Below, one piece after another: positions 13,714 to 27,149 of a stretch of DNA of 64,000 nt; the first letter of the stretch is position 1; each line of letters opens with the position of its first letter. The translations under genes and the position numbers were made by a program. Source of the DNA: Octopus sinensis (taxonomy: Eukaryota). The stretch spans positions 11,672-75,671 of the forward strand of contig NW_021833301.1 of assembly GCF_006345805.1 (NCBI RefSeq). The letters are read 5' to 3'. A model generated the notes under the pieces. It made no database searches. It had not been told where the DNA came from and saw only the letters and a list, made by a program, of their open reading frames with translations.

Positions 13714-13747
<34 letters not shown>

Positions 13748-15170
13748 ACATTGGAATTTTGACAATCGTTCTTATAGAACTTATATACTCCCGAGAAAGA
13801 ATACTAGAACCATTTTACCAATGATTAAGAAAGATATCTAATGTAGCTACTTAGCAAAGTAATTCGTGAAAAGGATCTCTTTTGGATTCTCTTATCAAAG
13901 TAAAAAAGAAAAAGAGAAATAAATCCTACAAAACTATGGAAGATACTCAAAAAATTATACTTAAGTAGGCCCTGCTTAATTATATCATTTATATCCAACA
14001 GAGTGGCTTCCAGTTAAATATACAATAAACGTATAAAACTCATTTATGATGTTTGATTAAATGTACATAGAGAATAGATTGAATTATTAACAGCACCGAA
14101 TCACTTTTTAATATTCTGACTTTATTTTCCTAATTTATGAAAATTGTGCTAATATTTAACGTTCGTTCGTGCAAAACATAAAATTACATAGAATATGGGA
14201 CTTGGCTGAACAGTGTAAAGGAATATACACTTTCATAGGACTTTGAGCAATGAACTCTTTTTTAGTTTTCAGTGGTGACCGCACCCTACCCTTTTTCTTA
14301 TTTCTTCCATCCCACTTCCTAAAATTGACGTCTTTGAAAGGCCAACAGCCCTTCTGAGAAAATTTGTTTATTTATAAATATGTTGATAGGTATACAATGG
14401 TAGGAAAAAAGAAACGAGAAAGAAAAAAGAAAAATGCTTTGTAATGAAATTTCCATGAATTGACCACATCAAATTGATAAGAAATCATTCTATTACTTTT
14501 TCTCTTCTTTCTTGATTGTCCTGAAACCTCTCTCTATCTATTTCACCCTCTTTGCTTTTCTTCCCCCCGCCCTTTTTTTTCATAGAAACAAAAACAATAC
14601 CCTCTTCTAAACAAACCAAAAAAGAAAACATCCGTGAAAAACGCAACGTTGTTTTTACCATTGTGATTTTGTCTCGACGAGTTTGAAAAACGAATGAAAG
14701 CACTAATAAAGAATTATCCAAAATTCTGACTGCTTCTTTTTTCTCAATAGACAGTATCTGCGTACCACTTCGAACACTATCTCCACGTTCATATATTTCT
14801 ATATGCATATATATAGATATATATAGATATATATAGATATATACACACGCACACACATACAGTTATGTGTGTGAGCACGCACCTACGTTTGTGACGCATC
14901 AAAGTATTAAGCAGACCAAAATTGTCTAATGCCTATATTAAATATTAGAAATCTGTTATGCATGAAACAGATCTTTTAGTAAAAAGGCATATCTCAATAA
15001 GAAAAGGTAGTTCCATCGAACTCTGCGTGCTATGGTTTGATCCTCTCATCCACCTTAATGTTTTCGCCATTACCACGAAGAATGTGTTCTCAAGAACAAT
15101 CTCAGCTAAATACCAAATAATGACGACTTTCTTCACGATTAACAATCCTCATCCCAACCCATGAAAGCGA
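13330..15170. mobile_element. Scattered non-coding PLE-related fragments in both orientations
   Basis: 13410-13475(-) and 15050-15120(+) match 13075-13135(+); 14490-14720(-) matches 12320-12570(+). Confidence 0.6.
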
Positions 15171-15479
15171 CTCTTAAACATCCGTAAGCCATTGAAAAAC
15201 ATCACTGGAAACAGAAATGAATGGAATGGTATAACTAGAAAGAGTAGCCTGCAGTTCGAGAAAATTTGAATTCTCCATCAAACATTGAAATATAATGGCC
15301 GAAATCTGATGGATGTTGCAGAGTTGCATAACGGAGGGCCCATAGATAACTTCAGCTACACAGAGAGAGGTTTCATCGCATAGACAACTGCCAGTCTCGT
15401 CTTTCTTGAAAAGTTATATATCGGGAGAATGACACGAAATATTTATAATTATACAGTCCAATATATTCAGATCTATAAA

Positions 15480-15690
15480 AGGCGGCGAGCTGGCAGAAAC
15501 TTTAGCACGCCGGGCGAAATGCGTAGCCGTATTTCGTCTGCCGTTACGTTGTGAGTTCAAATTCCGCCGAGGTCGACTTTGCCTTTCATCTTTTCGGGGT
15601 CGATAAATTAAGTACCAGTTGCTTACTGGTGTTGATCTAATCGACTGGCCCCCTCCCCCAAAATTTCGGGCCTTGTACCTAGAAAAGAAA
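15480..15690 (+). mobile_element. SINE family B monomer
   Basis: GGCGGCGAGCTGGCAGAAAC...GAGTTCAAATTCC...CCCCTCCCCCAAAATTTCGGGCCTTG tail. Confidence 0.9.
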
Positions 15691-15934
15691 AGGATATGTT
15701 CTGATCTATGCATATATTCACACACACGTATTTTCGTTTATTTGCTTCAGTCATTTCATTGCGACCATGCTGCGGCACCGCCTTGAATGGTTCAATCGAA
15801 CGAATCAAGCCCGGTACTTATTCTTTTTAAGGCCTGGTACTTTTCTATGGTTCCCTTTTATCGAACCGCTATGTTAAGGAGACGTAAACGCACCATCACC
15901 GGTTGTGAAGCAGTATTGGAAGACAAACTCTTAC

Positions 15935-16790
15935 ACAAGGGCACGTAACGTTATGTCTGAATTACGTAAAAATGAAAATAACACTGACATCTCATTTTAA
16001 CCGACATATTTACCAAAATTACACAAAAATATCTTGAAATACTAAAGAGTTTTTATATTCAATAAAATTGCAATTAGCTTCAACCACGGTCTCCAGACGC
16101 TTTCGGGATCTCCTGCAACTCTGTTGAACAGTCTCCTTGTTTATGTAAGTAAATGCTGCTATAATACTTGCTTTCAGTTTATCTTTGGTATTACAAGGCG
16201 GTTTCTTGGTCTCTCGCTCTGCTGTGCCACACACATAATAATCAAAAGGGTTGCAGTCTGGCGAATAAGGTGGCCAGATGTTATGTGTGATGTTATCACA
16301 GAAATTGTCTGACAGCAATGACAGGCTTCCCCTGCTTGTGTAGCATGGTGCAGATTCCTGTTTCCAGATATTGAGTCCTCCAGCAGCCACCCTCTTGATC
16401 CAGGGCAGCACTACTTCCTCCAAGCATTTGATGTAGGCCTCCGTGTAGAGACGAATGGAGGCATAACGCCGCCTTTACTAGTGATCACGCCAAAGACCAT
16501 GATGTTGACTGGGTGGTTGATTTTTATCACATTTGGTACATGCACTGTCTTCAGATTGACACCCAAACACACTTAAATATTCGTGTTGGGGTTTCTGGCG
16601 CGAATACCAAGCAATCCAGCATGTCTTTTCCAAATTTCTAGCAGAGTGAATTTCGTCATGGTTCTGGTTTTCTCACAGACGGTGCCCAACTATAAGAATA
16701 CTATGTAGTCGAGAAAATTAAAAGCAACAATGCGCATGCACGAAATTAAAATTATAAAATCATGACAATTAACCCATCGCATCCTGTATA
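15935..16790 (-). mobile_element. maT-type (DD37D) transposon, internally deleted
   Basis: QESAP...WPPYSPDCNPFDYY with 37-residue spacing, RKRLETVVEAN C-terminus, upstream IMVFGVITSKGG; TA-CAGGATG terminus near 16788. Confidence 0.85.
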
Positions 16791-16875
16791 TCCTTACATA
16801 TATATATTCATACACATGTATACATATATATACATATATATATGTATATTTTATATATATATATACATATATATA

Positions 16876-17165
16876 GTGGTTAGGGCAGCGGACTCGTGGT
16901 CGTAGGATCGCGGTTTCGATTCCCAGACCGGGCGTTGTGAGTGTTTATTGAGCGAAAACGCCTAAAGCTCAACGAGGGTCCGGCAGGGGGGGGGCATCCC
17001 TGCTGTACTCGTTCGCCACAACTTTCTCTCACTCTCTCTTCTGTTGGCCTGCTCGCTTAGCCAGCGGGGTGGCGTCATTTAAAGGCTAAAAAACAATGCG
17101 AAACGCATTGTGACCAGCGATGTGTAGCAACATCTGATAGCCTGGTCGGTCACGGTGATCACGGT
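16876..17165 (+). mobile_element. SINE family C variant
   Basis: GTGGTTAGGGCAGCGGACTC...GGTTTCGATTCC head; body shared with 62489-62755. Confidence 0.75.
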
Positions 17166-18394
17166 GATTATATATTTATTGATTTATTTATTTATATATG
17201 TATATATATATGTATGTATATATATATATTTGTACATATATATATATATATATTGTATTATTTTATATCGGTCTTACTCCTCTTCTAAATGATCTTGATC
17301 TAGTTGCTTGGCGATGTTGTTAAGGTGGCTTTGGTTATTCCTATGTTAATATTATTGGTTGGTTATTTCCTTTATCGTATTGATGTTTATTGTTTTCTAT
17401 TTTTGTTATTCTTTTTCTTTTGCCATTTAAGCTATTTTATGATATTTTGGGCGCTAGATTTTTTTTTTACATTTTCTTAATCTATATTTATTTTAGGTTT
17501 TTTTTTACAGTTTTTATCTTATTTTTCTTTCCCTCTTAATTGTTGTTGTTGCTTCAACTCTTATAATTGTTGTCGCAGTTGTTTCTGATGTTGCTGGCGT
17601 TGTTGCTGCTACTTATTTGGGGAGAAAAACTGGAAAAAAAAATTAAAGGAAAAATTCATGAAACAAATTAGAGCTTCGTTATGAATGCAAATAGTTTATT
17701 GCAAAAATGAAACAAATTAAAATAAATGATAATAATTATTGTTTTTTATTATTGTTGTTGCTATTTTTTATTTGTTGTTGTGACGTTAAATAAAGAAGAA
17801 TATAGTAAAATAATCACATAAAATATAAAATGGACGAAAATATTTATAGAGTATGAAAAAAGTTTCCACTTTGAATTGATTTCCTAAAGACGTGAAAATT
17901 TAGTCTATTTATTTAATGTTCAAAACGACGTGAAGGACCGGGGAGAGGGAATGGTATGGAAACTATTCTGAAAGAGAGGGGCGAACAGAGATAGAATGAG
18001 ACACAGAAGTAGGGGAGGTTGTTTTGAAGGGAAATAGTGACGAGAATTGACAGAAAAAAAAATGAAGTAAAATAAAGGGAAGAATAGGAGTTTGGGATGA
18101 AATTTTGGATAAAGTGCATACACGTATTAGAGAGGCAGGGAGAAAAGGGTATAAATGGAGGGTTTCAGCGACAAAATAGTTTTAAAATACTAAAGATTCG
18201 AGAAAATAAGGAAAAAAAACCGAATTTGGGATAGAGGACAACAATTAGAATAAGGAAGAAATTCCTGAGAGAAAATATACGAATTCATGAACAAATGAAA
18301 GAAAGAAAGAAAAACGATAATAATAATTGAAAGCGACTTAGATTGTGGGAACCTTTGTGAGAGAGTTTATATATATACATATATATGTGTGTGC

Positions 18395-18445
<51 letters not shown>

Positions 18446-18515
18446 ATATTTACATACATGCATATGTACATACCTATATATATATATATATGCACACACA
18501 TCCGTATGTACATAA

Positions 18516-18580
<65 letters not shown>

Positions 18581-19089
18581 ATATACATATATATACATAT
18601 ATATATAGTTGTATGTATATATATATAATATATATATATATATTTGCATGTATATATGAATTTATAAATTTATATATATATACATAGATATATTTATATG
18701 CATATATATGCACGCACACACACACGTGTGTATATGGGAGGGTGTACATACGTACGAACGTGTGTACACATTCTTTACATTAAACATAACAATACAGGCG
18801 CATACCCAAACATACAAGCATGTAGTTAGGCAGGCAGGTATACTTGGCTACAATGATTAATAGATAAATGTAAACTACATACTTAAACGCAAATACATGC
18901 ATATATATAAAGCACACGATATCATATCAACACATGCGCGCATGCGTATGTGAGTGTGTGCGCGAGTTGGTTTATGTGAAAAATGTATGCAGTTTACAGC
19001 CATGACGGCTCAACAGAAATAGTTTAGCGAATCGTTTTCATTGAGCAAATTCCGTTTCAGTTGCTTGTCTTGTTTTTTTAGGGTATTTT

Positions 19090-19300
19090 TAAAGATCGCA
19101 ATTAGCTAGGATACAGGTTTGTGTATATTTGTTCTTTGGATATGCTGTTGCTAGTAATGAGGTGTTGGTGAATGGATTCGGGATTGTATTCATGTTCTCA
19201 GAATGTCTTTGGGGTGAGCTAGCGTGTTATTTGTTTCTCCGATAACCTCTCTGGTGACACGCTTTGACAGAGTATTTAGATGAGGCCTTTTTAGTGGAAA
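19090..19300 (-). pseudogene. Highly decayed Penelope GIY-YIG remnant (tentative)
   Basis: Minus-strand translation IGETNNTL...QQHI...KPVS resembles YIGETNNSL..QHI..KIPLS at 12.86 kb; contains stops. Confidence 0.4.
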
Positions 19301-19640
19301 ATAAACGAAGATACGCAAGAAAAAGTAGTTAGATGTTATCTATGTAGAATTGCAGGTATTACTTTGAAAATTACGAGTGTATACCTTCAAAGTAAAGATC
19401 GACAAAAAGGAAAGATAACTGCAGAAGAGATAATTGAATTTTGACATAATTTCTCGAAGGAGAGAGTGTGTGTGGGTATACATATATGTGCTTGTGCGCC
19501 CGCGTGCGTGTATGTGTGCGTTAAAGATAGAGAGAAAGAAAAAGAAACAGAGTGAGAGATTGCTAAGTATGGCCTCTCGTCACATGCTATGTTTCACTCC
19601 CTGAAAATCGTTCAAATTCACCAATGGCAATTGAATGATC

Positions 19641-19787
19641 CATGGTAAGTAGCTTACTTACCAATCACATGGTTCCGGGTTCAGACCCACTGCGTGGCAC
19701 CTTGGCCAGCTATCTTCTACTATACCCTCGGGCCGACCAAAGCCTTGTGAGTGGATTTGGTAGACGGAAACTGAAAAGAAGCCCGTC

Positions 19788-19845
<58 letters not shown>

Positions 19846-20062
19846 GTATATATATGTATGTATAATATATATATGTGTATGTGTGTGCGTGTGTGTGTCT
19901 GTGTTTACGTCCCCGTAATTTAGCGGTTCGGCAAAGGGGACCGATGGAATAAGTACTAGGCTTGCAAAGAATAAATCATGGGGTCGATTTGCTCAACTAA
20001 AAAGGCGGTGCTCCAGCATGGTCACAGTCAAATGACTAAAACAAGTGGAAGAGTAAAAGAGT
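19641..20062 (+). mobile_element. SINE family A
   Basis: Head (5'-clipped), linker and tail match 2318-2732. Confidence 0.88.
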
Positions 20063-20582
20063 ATCATACCAATGAAGGATAGTGTTCTTATGTCAATAAC
20101 GATGACTTTCCTCCCGCTGCTATTTCCAAAACAACAGCCTATTAATATATGCCGTTTGATGATAATTATCATTACCGAATATTGGAGGTTCATAAAAGTA
20201 TGATATTGTGAAGTGGTAGTCGGCCCAACCCTATAGTACAAGACACAAATCCAGGTTGCCACGCAGTGGGATTGAACACAGATACAAGGGGTTTGGAAAT
20301 AAGCTTCTTGCCACACACCCACGCCTGAGTGTCTGTTTGTTCAATACATAGACAGTTACGTTTGTATGGTTAAGAAGAAGCTCACTTCGTAACCTGGTGA
20401 TCTCGGACAGATCCAGCCCCACAGCATCGCCCCTTAGGTAAGATTCCTCCTACGTAACGGTTGGCTGATAAATGCCTTGAGAGTAGATGGTGAATATGCT
20501 ATTGTTTTTGTTGAATAAAATTTATTGAAAAAAAGCCGCTCTAATTATGCACCAACCTAATATATATATATATTATATATAT

Positions 20583-20637
<55 letters not shown>

Positions 20638-20958
20638 GTATGTATTTATATATGTATGTATTATGTACGTGTGTGTGTTTGTGTGTACGTCTCCAGGGCT
20701 TGAGAGTTGGTATTGGTATGTTTACGTCCGCGTAAGTTAGCATTGTAACAAAAGTGACTAACAGAATAGGTAACAGACTAAATAAGTACCAGAATATTTT
20801 TGTTCAACGAAATACTTTAAGGCAGACGTTGCTAGAACATGGCTGCAAACCAACAACAGGAATAAATATAATGTACTAAAAGGGGTAACTCTTACTTAGT
20901 GAGAAAGGTTGAAATACAGATTAGGGTAGTGGTTTCACTTTTGATTATATTGTTTTCA

Positions 20959-21760
20959 AGGCGCCGAGCTGGCAAAAACGTTAGCACGTCGGGAGAGATT
21001 CTTAGCGGTATTCCGTCTGCCGCTACGGTCTGAGTACAAATTCCGCCGATGTCGGCTTTGCCTTTCATCCTTTCGGGGTCGATTAAATAAGTACCAGTTA
21101 CGCACTGGGGTCGATATAATCGACTTAATCCATCTGTCTGTCCTTGTTTGTCTCCTCTGTGTTTAGCTCCATGTGGGTAGTAAAGAAATAGGTATTTCTT
21201 CTGCCGCTACGTTCTGATTTCAAATTCAGCTGAGGTTGACTTTGCGTTTCACCCTTTCGGGGTCGATTAAATAAGTACCATTTACGCACTGGGGTCGATA
21301 TAATCGACTTAATCCGTTTGTCTGTCCTTGTTTGTCCTCTCTCTGTTTAGCCCCTTGTGAGTAGTAAAGAAGTAAGTATTTCGTCTGCTGTTACGTTCTG
21401 AGTTCAAATTCCACAGAGGTCGACTTTGCCTTTCATCCTTTCGGGGTCGATTAAATAAGTACCAGTTATGCACTGGGGTCGATATATTTGACTTAATCCG
21501 TTTGTCTGTTCTTGTTTGTCCCCTCTATGTTTAGCCCCTTGTGGGCAATAAGGAATTAAGAAATGTTAGCATGCCGGGTGAAATTCTTAGCAGTATTTCT
21601 TCTGCCTCTACGTTCTTTCTGAGTTCAAATTCCGCCGAGGTCGACTTTGCCTTTCATCCTTTCGGGGTCAATAAATTAAGTAGCAGTTTTGTACTGCAGT
21701 AGATCTATCGACTAGCCCCCTCCCCTCAAAATTTCGAACCTTGTGTCTAGAGTAGAAAAT
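20959..21760 (+). mobile_element. SINE family B tetramer with 13-bp TSD
   Basis: 184-nt units start at 21007, 21191 and 21375, with a fourth partial-head unit; TATATTGTTTTCA at 20946-20958 and 21760-21772. Confidence 0.9.
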
Positions 21761-22242
21761 ATATTGTTTTCAGATTAGCAAGTACTACAGACACTTATAG
21801 TAAAGTGTCTTTGCTAGTCATTGACTGAATTTTCATTGTCAGGATTTTCATAATCAATATGTGTTTCGCCATTACTAGTTTCAGAAAATGAGTAACGGAA
21901 GTTGCGATATGGTTTCATTTACGAAAGTATTAGCAACACAAACCAAACGATACAAATCCGAAATCGAAACTGTTTATTGGATTGTCTTGTCATCCTACTT
22001 CATTTAAAGTCATAGTCATTCTATAGTAACTGCTATTACATTCAACTTCCTAGCCACCGCATATTTTTCACTTACTATGTAATCCATTCATACATCTGTG
22101 TAACTACTTAAGGAGAAACCATCTAATCTTAAATTTGATTACTTCCAACTATTTTCTTAGCTTGGTACGAGACTTAGTAATGATCACTGCGATGTACAAG
22201 AGTCATACAATTAATTTTGTAATGGTTATTCGTTCTTGCAGT

Positions 22243-22480
22243 GGAGGCGCGTGGCTTAGAGGTTAGGGTATCAGCATCATGATCGTAAGATTGTGATTTC
22301 GATTCTTGGACCGGGTGAGGCGTTGTGTTCTTGAGCAAAACGTTTCATTTCACGTTGCTCCAGTCCACTCAGCTGGCAAAAATGAGTAACGCTGCGATAG
22401 ACTGGCTGGGGAACACATACGCCATAGAAACCGGGGTACCGGACCCATGAGCCTGGCTAGGCTTTAAAAGGGCGCATTTA
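22243..22480 (+). mobile_element. SINE family C
   Basis: GGAGGCGCGTGGCTTAGAGGTTAGGG head; TTGAGCAAAACGTTTCATTTCACGTTGCTCCAGTCCACTCAGCTGG body. Confidence 0.85.
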
Positions 22481-22729
22481 TTTATTGTTTTTATTCGTTC
22501 TTGCAACTGAGAGACATAGTAATTTCTGAAGTAGCAACAAGGTCAGAAATGCTTAAACTGAGGGGACCAATATATTACATCGACCTCAGTACTTGTCTGC
22601 TCCTTAAGGACGAAAGGCAAAATTGGTCACGGCGCGATTTGAAACCAAAACCTCAAGAGCAGGAAGAAATTACACAAGAATCTTTACTGACATTCTACTA
22701 ATTCTGTCATTCCACTGCTACTTGCATGA

Positions 22730-22950
22730 ATGAGGGGATACTGAAAAGTTCCAGGCGTTAGGTAAAAGAAAATAGAGACGGATCAGTTAATTATGATTTT
22801 ATTCAACCTATTCCCCTCTCACATTCATACACTTATTGCCGCGGTCCTTCGGTTTTTCTAAGCCCTGTAAAAGATCTCGGAAGGTTGGGAGTCCAACCAG
22901 GCCTTTCGCGACACCCTTTTAAGCCAGGAACTTTTCAGCATACCCTCGTA
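22730..22950. mobile_element. Mariner-derived MITE
   Basis: TIRs GAGGGGATACTGAAAAGTTCC / GGAACTTTTCAGCATACCCTC-GTA; no coding capacity. Confidence 0.8.
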
Positions 22951-23904
22951 ACGACAGTTTTGGTTGACAGTCTATAATATGATCTGGATAGTTTACTTCG
23001 CTTTAATCTCTTTATTCAGAAAATATGACATGAAAAATTTAAATGCTGATTTATTTTCACTTAATTAAACAACGAATTACTTACTTAGAAGATACAACAA
23101 CGCCTTTCTACACACTGAACTTTTTATAATCCGCTCAAATTTTCGAGCAGGAACCTCAAATTGCCAGACTAATTTACTGATACTCTGCACAGACTAGTAC
23201 ATTGCACGGTACAGAATCGATAAACTTGTATCATTTATACTAATGTACGGTCGTCTATGTTGTGGTTTCGATTCCCGAACCAGGCAACGCGTTGTGTTGC
23301 TGAGCAAAAACATTTCCTTTCACGTTACTCCAGACCTCTCAGCAGGCAAAAATTCTGTAATTCAGCTACGGACCGGCGACTCGTCCATGTGGGAAATTTA
23401 TTGACCATAGAAAACGGGGAACGGCTCTTATCAACTGGAATGACTCGAATAGGTAAGTTTACCTTTACGTGTACGGATGTCTGTATTTCATTTAATTATT
23501 TAAGTAAATTTAATAACTGTTTAATTTAGGGTGTGTCAACTAAGGTGACTATCCCTAGGAAAAATGGTAATCTGGAAAGGCTTTGGAAATGAAGGTTTCA
23601 AAAACCGGTTTGCACCTGTAGTATTAATGCCATTTTCTCGAGTCCAAGAAAGACGGCTCTGCTGTTTCTTGAGCAATAACCTACACAAAAGATTTGTTCA
23701 TAGTGATCAAATGTGTTGTGGTGCACCTGAGCTCGCTCCCTCCATCAAATTGTAATTGTCTATACAGGTGTACACAGTGCTACGTGTTTGATTTAGAACT
23801 GCTCAACGTACCACCCACTCTGGGAATCGAAGCCAAGATCTCGTGATCTTGAATCGAACCCTAATCACTAGGTTGCATGCCGTCACTGTATAAGTAGTGA
23901 TATG

Positions 23905-24625
23905 ATGGCTCCAAATTTTGGCACAAAGCCAGCAATTTCGGAGTGGGTGTAAGTCGATTACATTGACTCCAGTGTACAACTGGTACTTATTTTATCGACC
24001 CCGAAACGATGAAAGGTAAAGTTGATCTCAGCGGAGTTAGAACGCAGAACGTAAATGACATGTCGCTAAGCATTTTGCGTGGAGTGTTAACAATTCTGCC
24101 AGATCACCGACTTAGCATGTTATATAAGTAAATAAAATAGATACGAAATATTTCCTTCTCGAGCCATGCCAGGTTCATGAGGGCTGGTTTCCTGGTTTCA
24201 ATTGAGTATATATTCCCCACCTGGTCGGGACGCTCGTCCGTCGCAGGATTATTCATGCTTGCCAGCTGAGTGGACTGGAGCAACGTGAAATGAAGAGTTT
24301 TGCATTGCCCGATCCCGAAATCGAAACCACAATCTTACGATCATGAGTCCAACACCCTAACCACTAAGCCACTGGCCTCCTGTTGTTATACAATGGTTTC
24401 GAATTTCGGCTGAAGGCAAGCAATTTCTGGTGAGTGAGTAAGTTGATTATATCGATCTCCAGTGCTCAACCGGTACTTTATTTATCGACCCCGAAGCGAT
24501 GTAAATCAAGGTCGAGATAGACCACGGCGGAATTTGAACTCAGAACGTAAACCCGGACGAAATGCTATAAATCATTTCTGACGATCCTGTAACTGTCCGT
24601 AACGATCTTTCCAGCTCGCTGCCTT
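23905..24625 (-). mobile_element. Cluster of SINE B, C and B relics
   Basis: B bodies at 23905-24115 and 24395-24625; C at 24160-24380. Confidence 0.75.
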
Positions 24626-24639
24626 AACATGTAGTTATA

Positions 24640-25410
24640 CAGAGTGCTCAAAAAGTCTCTCCACAGTGAAAAGGAAATCAGCCTAGCAAGTGCTCACACG
24701 GCAGCATAAAAGAAATTAAATTTCTTTCCATACCAAGTGCTAGCCATGCAAGAATTGAAGACTACCGATCATGCTAAAAGGTTTCATTATTGTCATTGGT
24801 TCCAAAACTTTGTTGCCGAAAAAGGCAGACAAGTGCTGGATGAGTGTTTTTACACCGATGAGGCTTAGTTTCATCTGTCGGGATACATAAATTCGCAAAA
24901 CACAAGGTTATGGAGCAATGAGAATCCACACGCGACGCATGAGCACCCTCTGCATCTCGAAAAAGTTGGAGTGTGGATAGCAATTTCGAGAAAGTATATT
25001 GTGGGATCGATATTTTTTTAAGACACCATCAACACCGAGAGATATTGCTCAAGCATTGTCTATCCATTTGTAGGCCAACTCACTGAAAGTGAAATTAATA
25101 ATGCATACTTTCAGCAAGAGGGAGCTACAACACATACTTAGAGCATCACCATAGCGTCACTTCAAGAGTTTTTCGGTGGACGGATTATTTCGAAAGGACT
25201 TTGGCCACCAAGATTACCTGATTTCATACCGCCAGACATTGTTTTCTGGGGAGCAAGTAAAGGATCAGTGGACAAGAATCGCCCGAAACCATTAATGAGC
25301 TAAGTGTCAGACTCTCCAAGATGTATTTCAAAACATGCGTAGAATAGTCAACTTATGTATTAAAAATGAAGGACGACACGTTCAACACCTCTTGTAAAGT
25401 CTAATACATT
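24640..25410 (+). mobile_element. IS630-Tc1-mariner transposase remnant (maT/rosa-like)
   Basis: YTDEA*FHLSGYINSQNTRLWSNENPH..HPLHLEKVGVW..QQEGATTHT..WPPRLPDFIPPD (38-residue spacing as read); TA-CAGAGTG start. Confidence 0.82.
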
Positions 25411-25461
25411 CTTTTGTAGTCTTATACCATCTTATAAATAATTATTTTGTAATAAAATACG

Positions 25462-25930
25462 GAGGCGCAAGGAGTGGCTGTGTGGTAAGTAGCTTGCTTA
25501 CCAACATCATGGTTAGGCAAGTGTCTTCTACTATAGCCTCGGGCCGACCAAACCCTTGTGAGTGGATATGGTCGACGGAAATTGAAAGAGGCCCGTCGTA
25601 TATATATATATATATATATATATACAAATATATATATAAATTTAAGGATAATATCGATATTATTAAGTGGCCAGCATGGGAATAAATACCATACAAAGGT
25701 ATTAATTTTTTACAATTATAAATAAAGGTATCTGAGAGAAACCATCATGCCGAAATAGCAGTCAAACCCTGACTCTAAAAACCACCTAAAATATTCATAT
25801 CGCACCATGAGATAAGACAGAGAGACAAAAAGAACTAGCACAAAGATATTAATGGATAATTTAAGATCCTGGATTTCTAGCTTTGCTTCAAATAAGCTCT
25901 GCTTTCATCAGTTGAATATACCACATTAAA

Positions 25931-25963
<33 letters not shown>

Positions 25964-26185
25964 TATGCATTTATACGTTTGTGTGTCTGTCTTTGTCCCC
26001 CCAACATCACTTGACAACCGATGGTGGTATGTTTACATCCCCGTAAGTTAGCGGTTCGGCAAGAGAGACCGATGGAATAAGTACTAGACTTACAAAGAAT
26101 AAGTCCTGGGGTTGATTTGCACGACTAAAGGCGGTGCTCCAGAAAGGCCGCAGTCAAATGACTGAAACAAATAAAAGAATAAAAG
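25462..26185 (+). mobile_element. SINE family A interrupted in its (TA)n linker by an approximately 290-bp insert
   Basis: Head half 25462-25600, tail half 25975-26185, foreign sequence 25640-25930. Confidence 0.85.
25858..25917 (-). ncRNA. Hammerhead ribozyme motif
   Basis: TTCAA-CTGATGA-A AGC AGA GCTT ATTTG AAGC AAA GCT A-GAAA-TCC A GGA-TC-TTAAA. Confidence 0.65.
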
Positions 26186-26709
26186 AAGAGAGACGTTCTG
26201 AACACCCTGTAAAAGGTAAACTCAAACACATAACTCGCCTACTAAGATGTATGTTGCCAACAACCAGTTCCAGCTGCTTTCAGACATGATAATCAATAAC
26301 TTCTAAATAAGGCTTTTGATAATTGTATTTCAAAACAATAAAAATTCCGTTATCCTGATTTAAAAGGTTTATATTTTCTGCGAGTATTTTAAGTCGCTTA
26401 CATGAAAACAAGCCATAAACAGTCAGAAAAACTGAGAAATAATACATTTAAGAATTACTTTACTTTAGCATTAATGAAGACTATTTAGGTTGTATTATAG
26501 ATAATTTTTGGCAAAGCACTCTGTATAAAATGTATGGCGGGACCGTTGAGAAGGACCTATTTGCAGAGCATCATTTTTCATAATTAGCTTAAGACGGAAA
26601 AGAAGCAAAAGAAACTTCTGCAAATTTCTTCGAATTAAGGAATAATTTTAAACATTTTCGTTCCAATTATTTATATGGAAAAATGCGTCAAATTAGAGTA
26701 CAATGCATA

Positions 26710-26751
<42 letters not shown>

Positions 26752-27073
26752 AAAGCACACATGTATGTATGTATGTCGTATGCATGTATGCATGTGAATA
26801 TGTATGCATGTGTGCATATATATATATATATATGTATGTATATATACGTATGTATGCGCATATATATATATGTGTGTGTCTGTCTGTCTGTATGTATGTG
26901 TGTATATATATATATATGTGTGTGTGTTTGGATGTCTATATGTATGTATGTTTATGTATGCTTTTATGTATGCATGTATACGCATACATATATATATATA
27001 TACATATACACACACATATATACATATGTATATATATGTATTTTGGGTATTATTATATATATATATATATATT

Positions 27074-27109
<36 letters not shown>

Positions 27110-27110
27110 G

Positions 27111-27149
<39 letters not shown>

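Noticed and set aside
20959-21760. Regularly spaced repeats that could be read as a CRISPR-like array
   Set aside because: Whole 184-nt units are repeated with no unique spacers, they match a dispersed SINE, and the context is eukaryotic.
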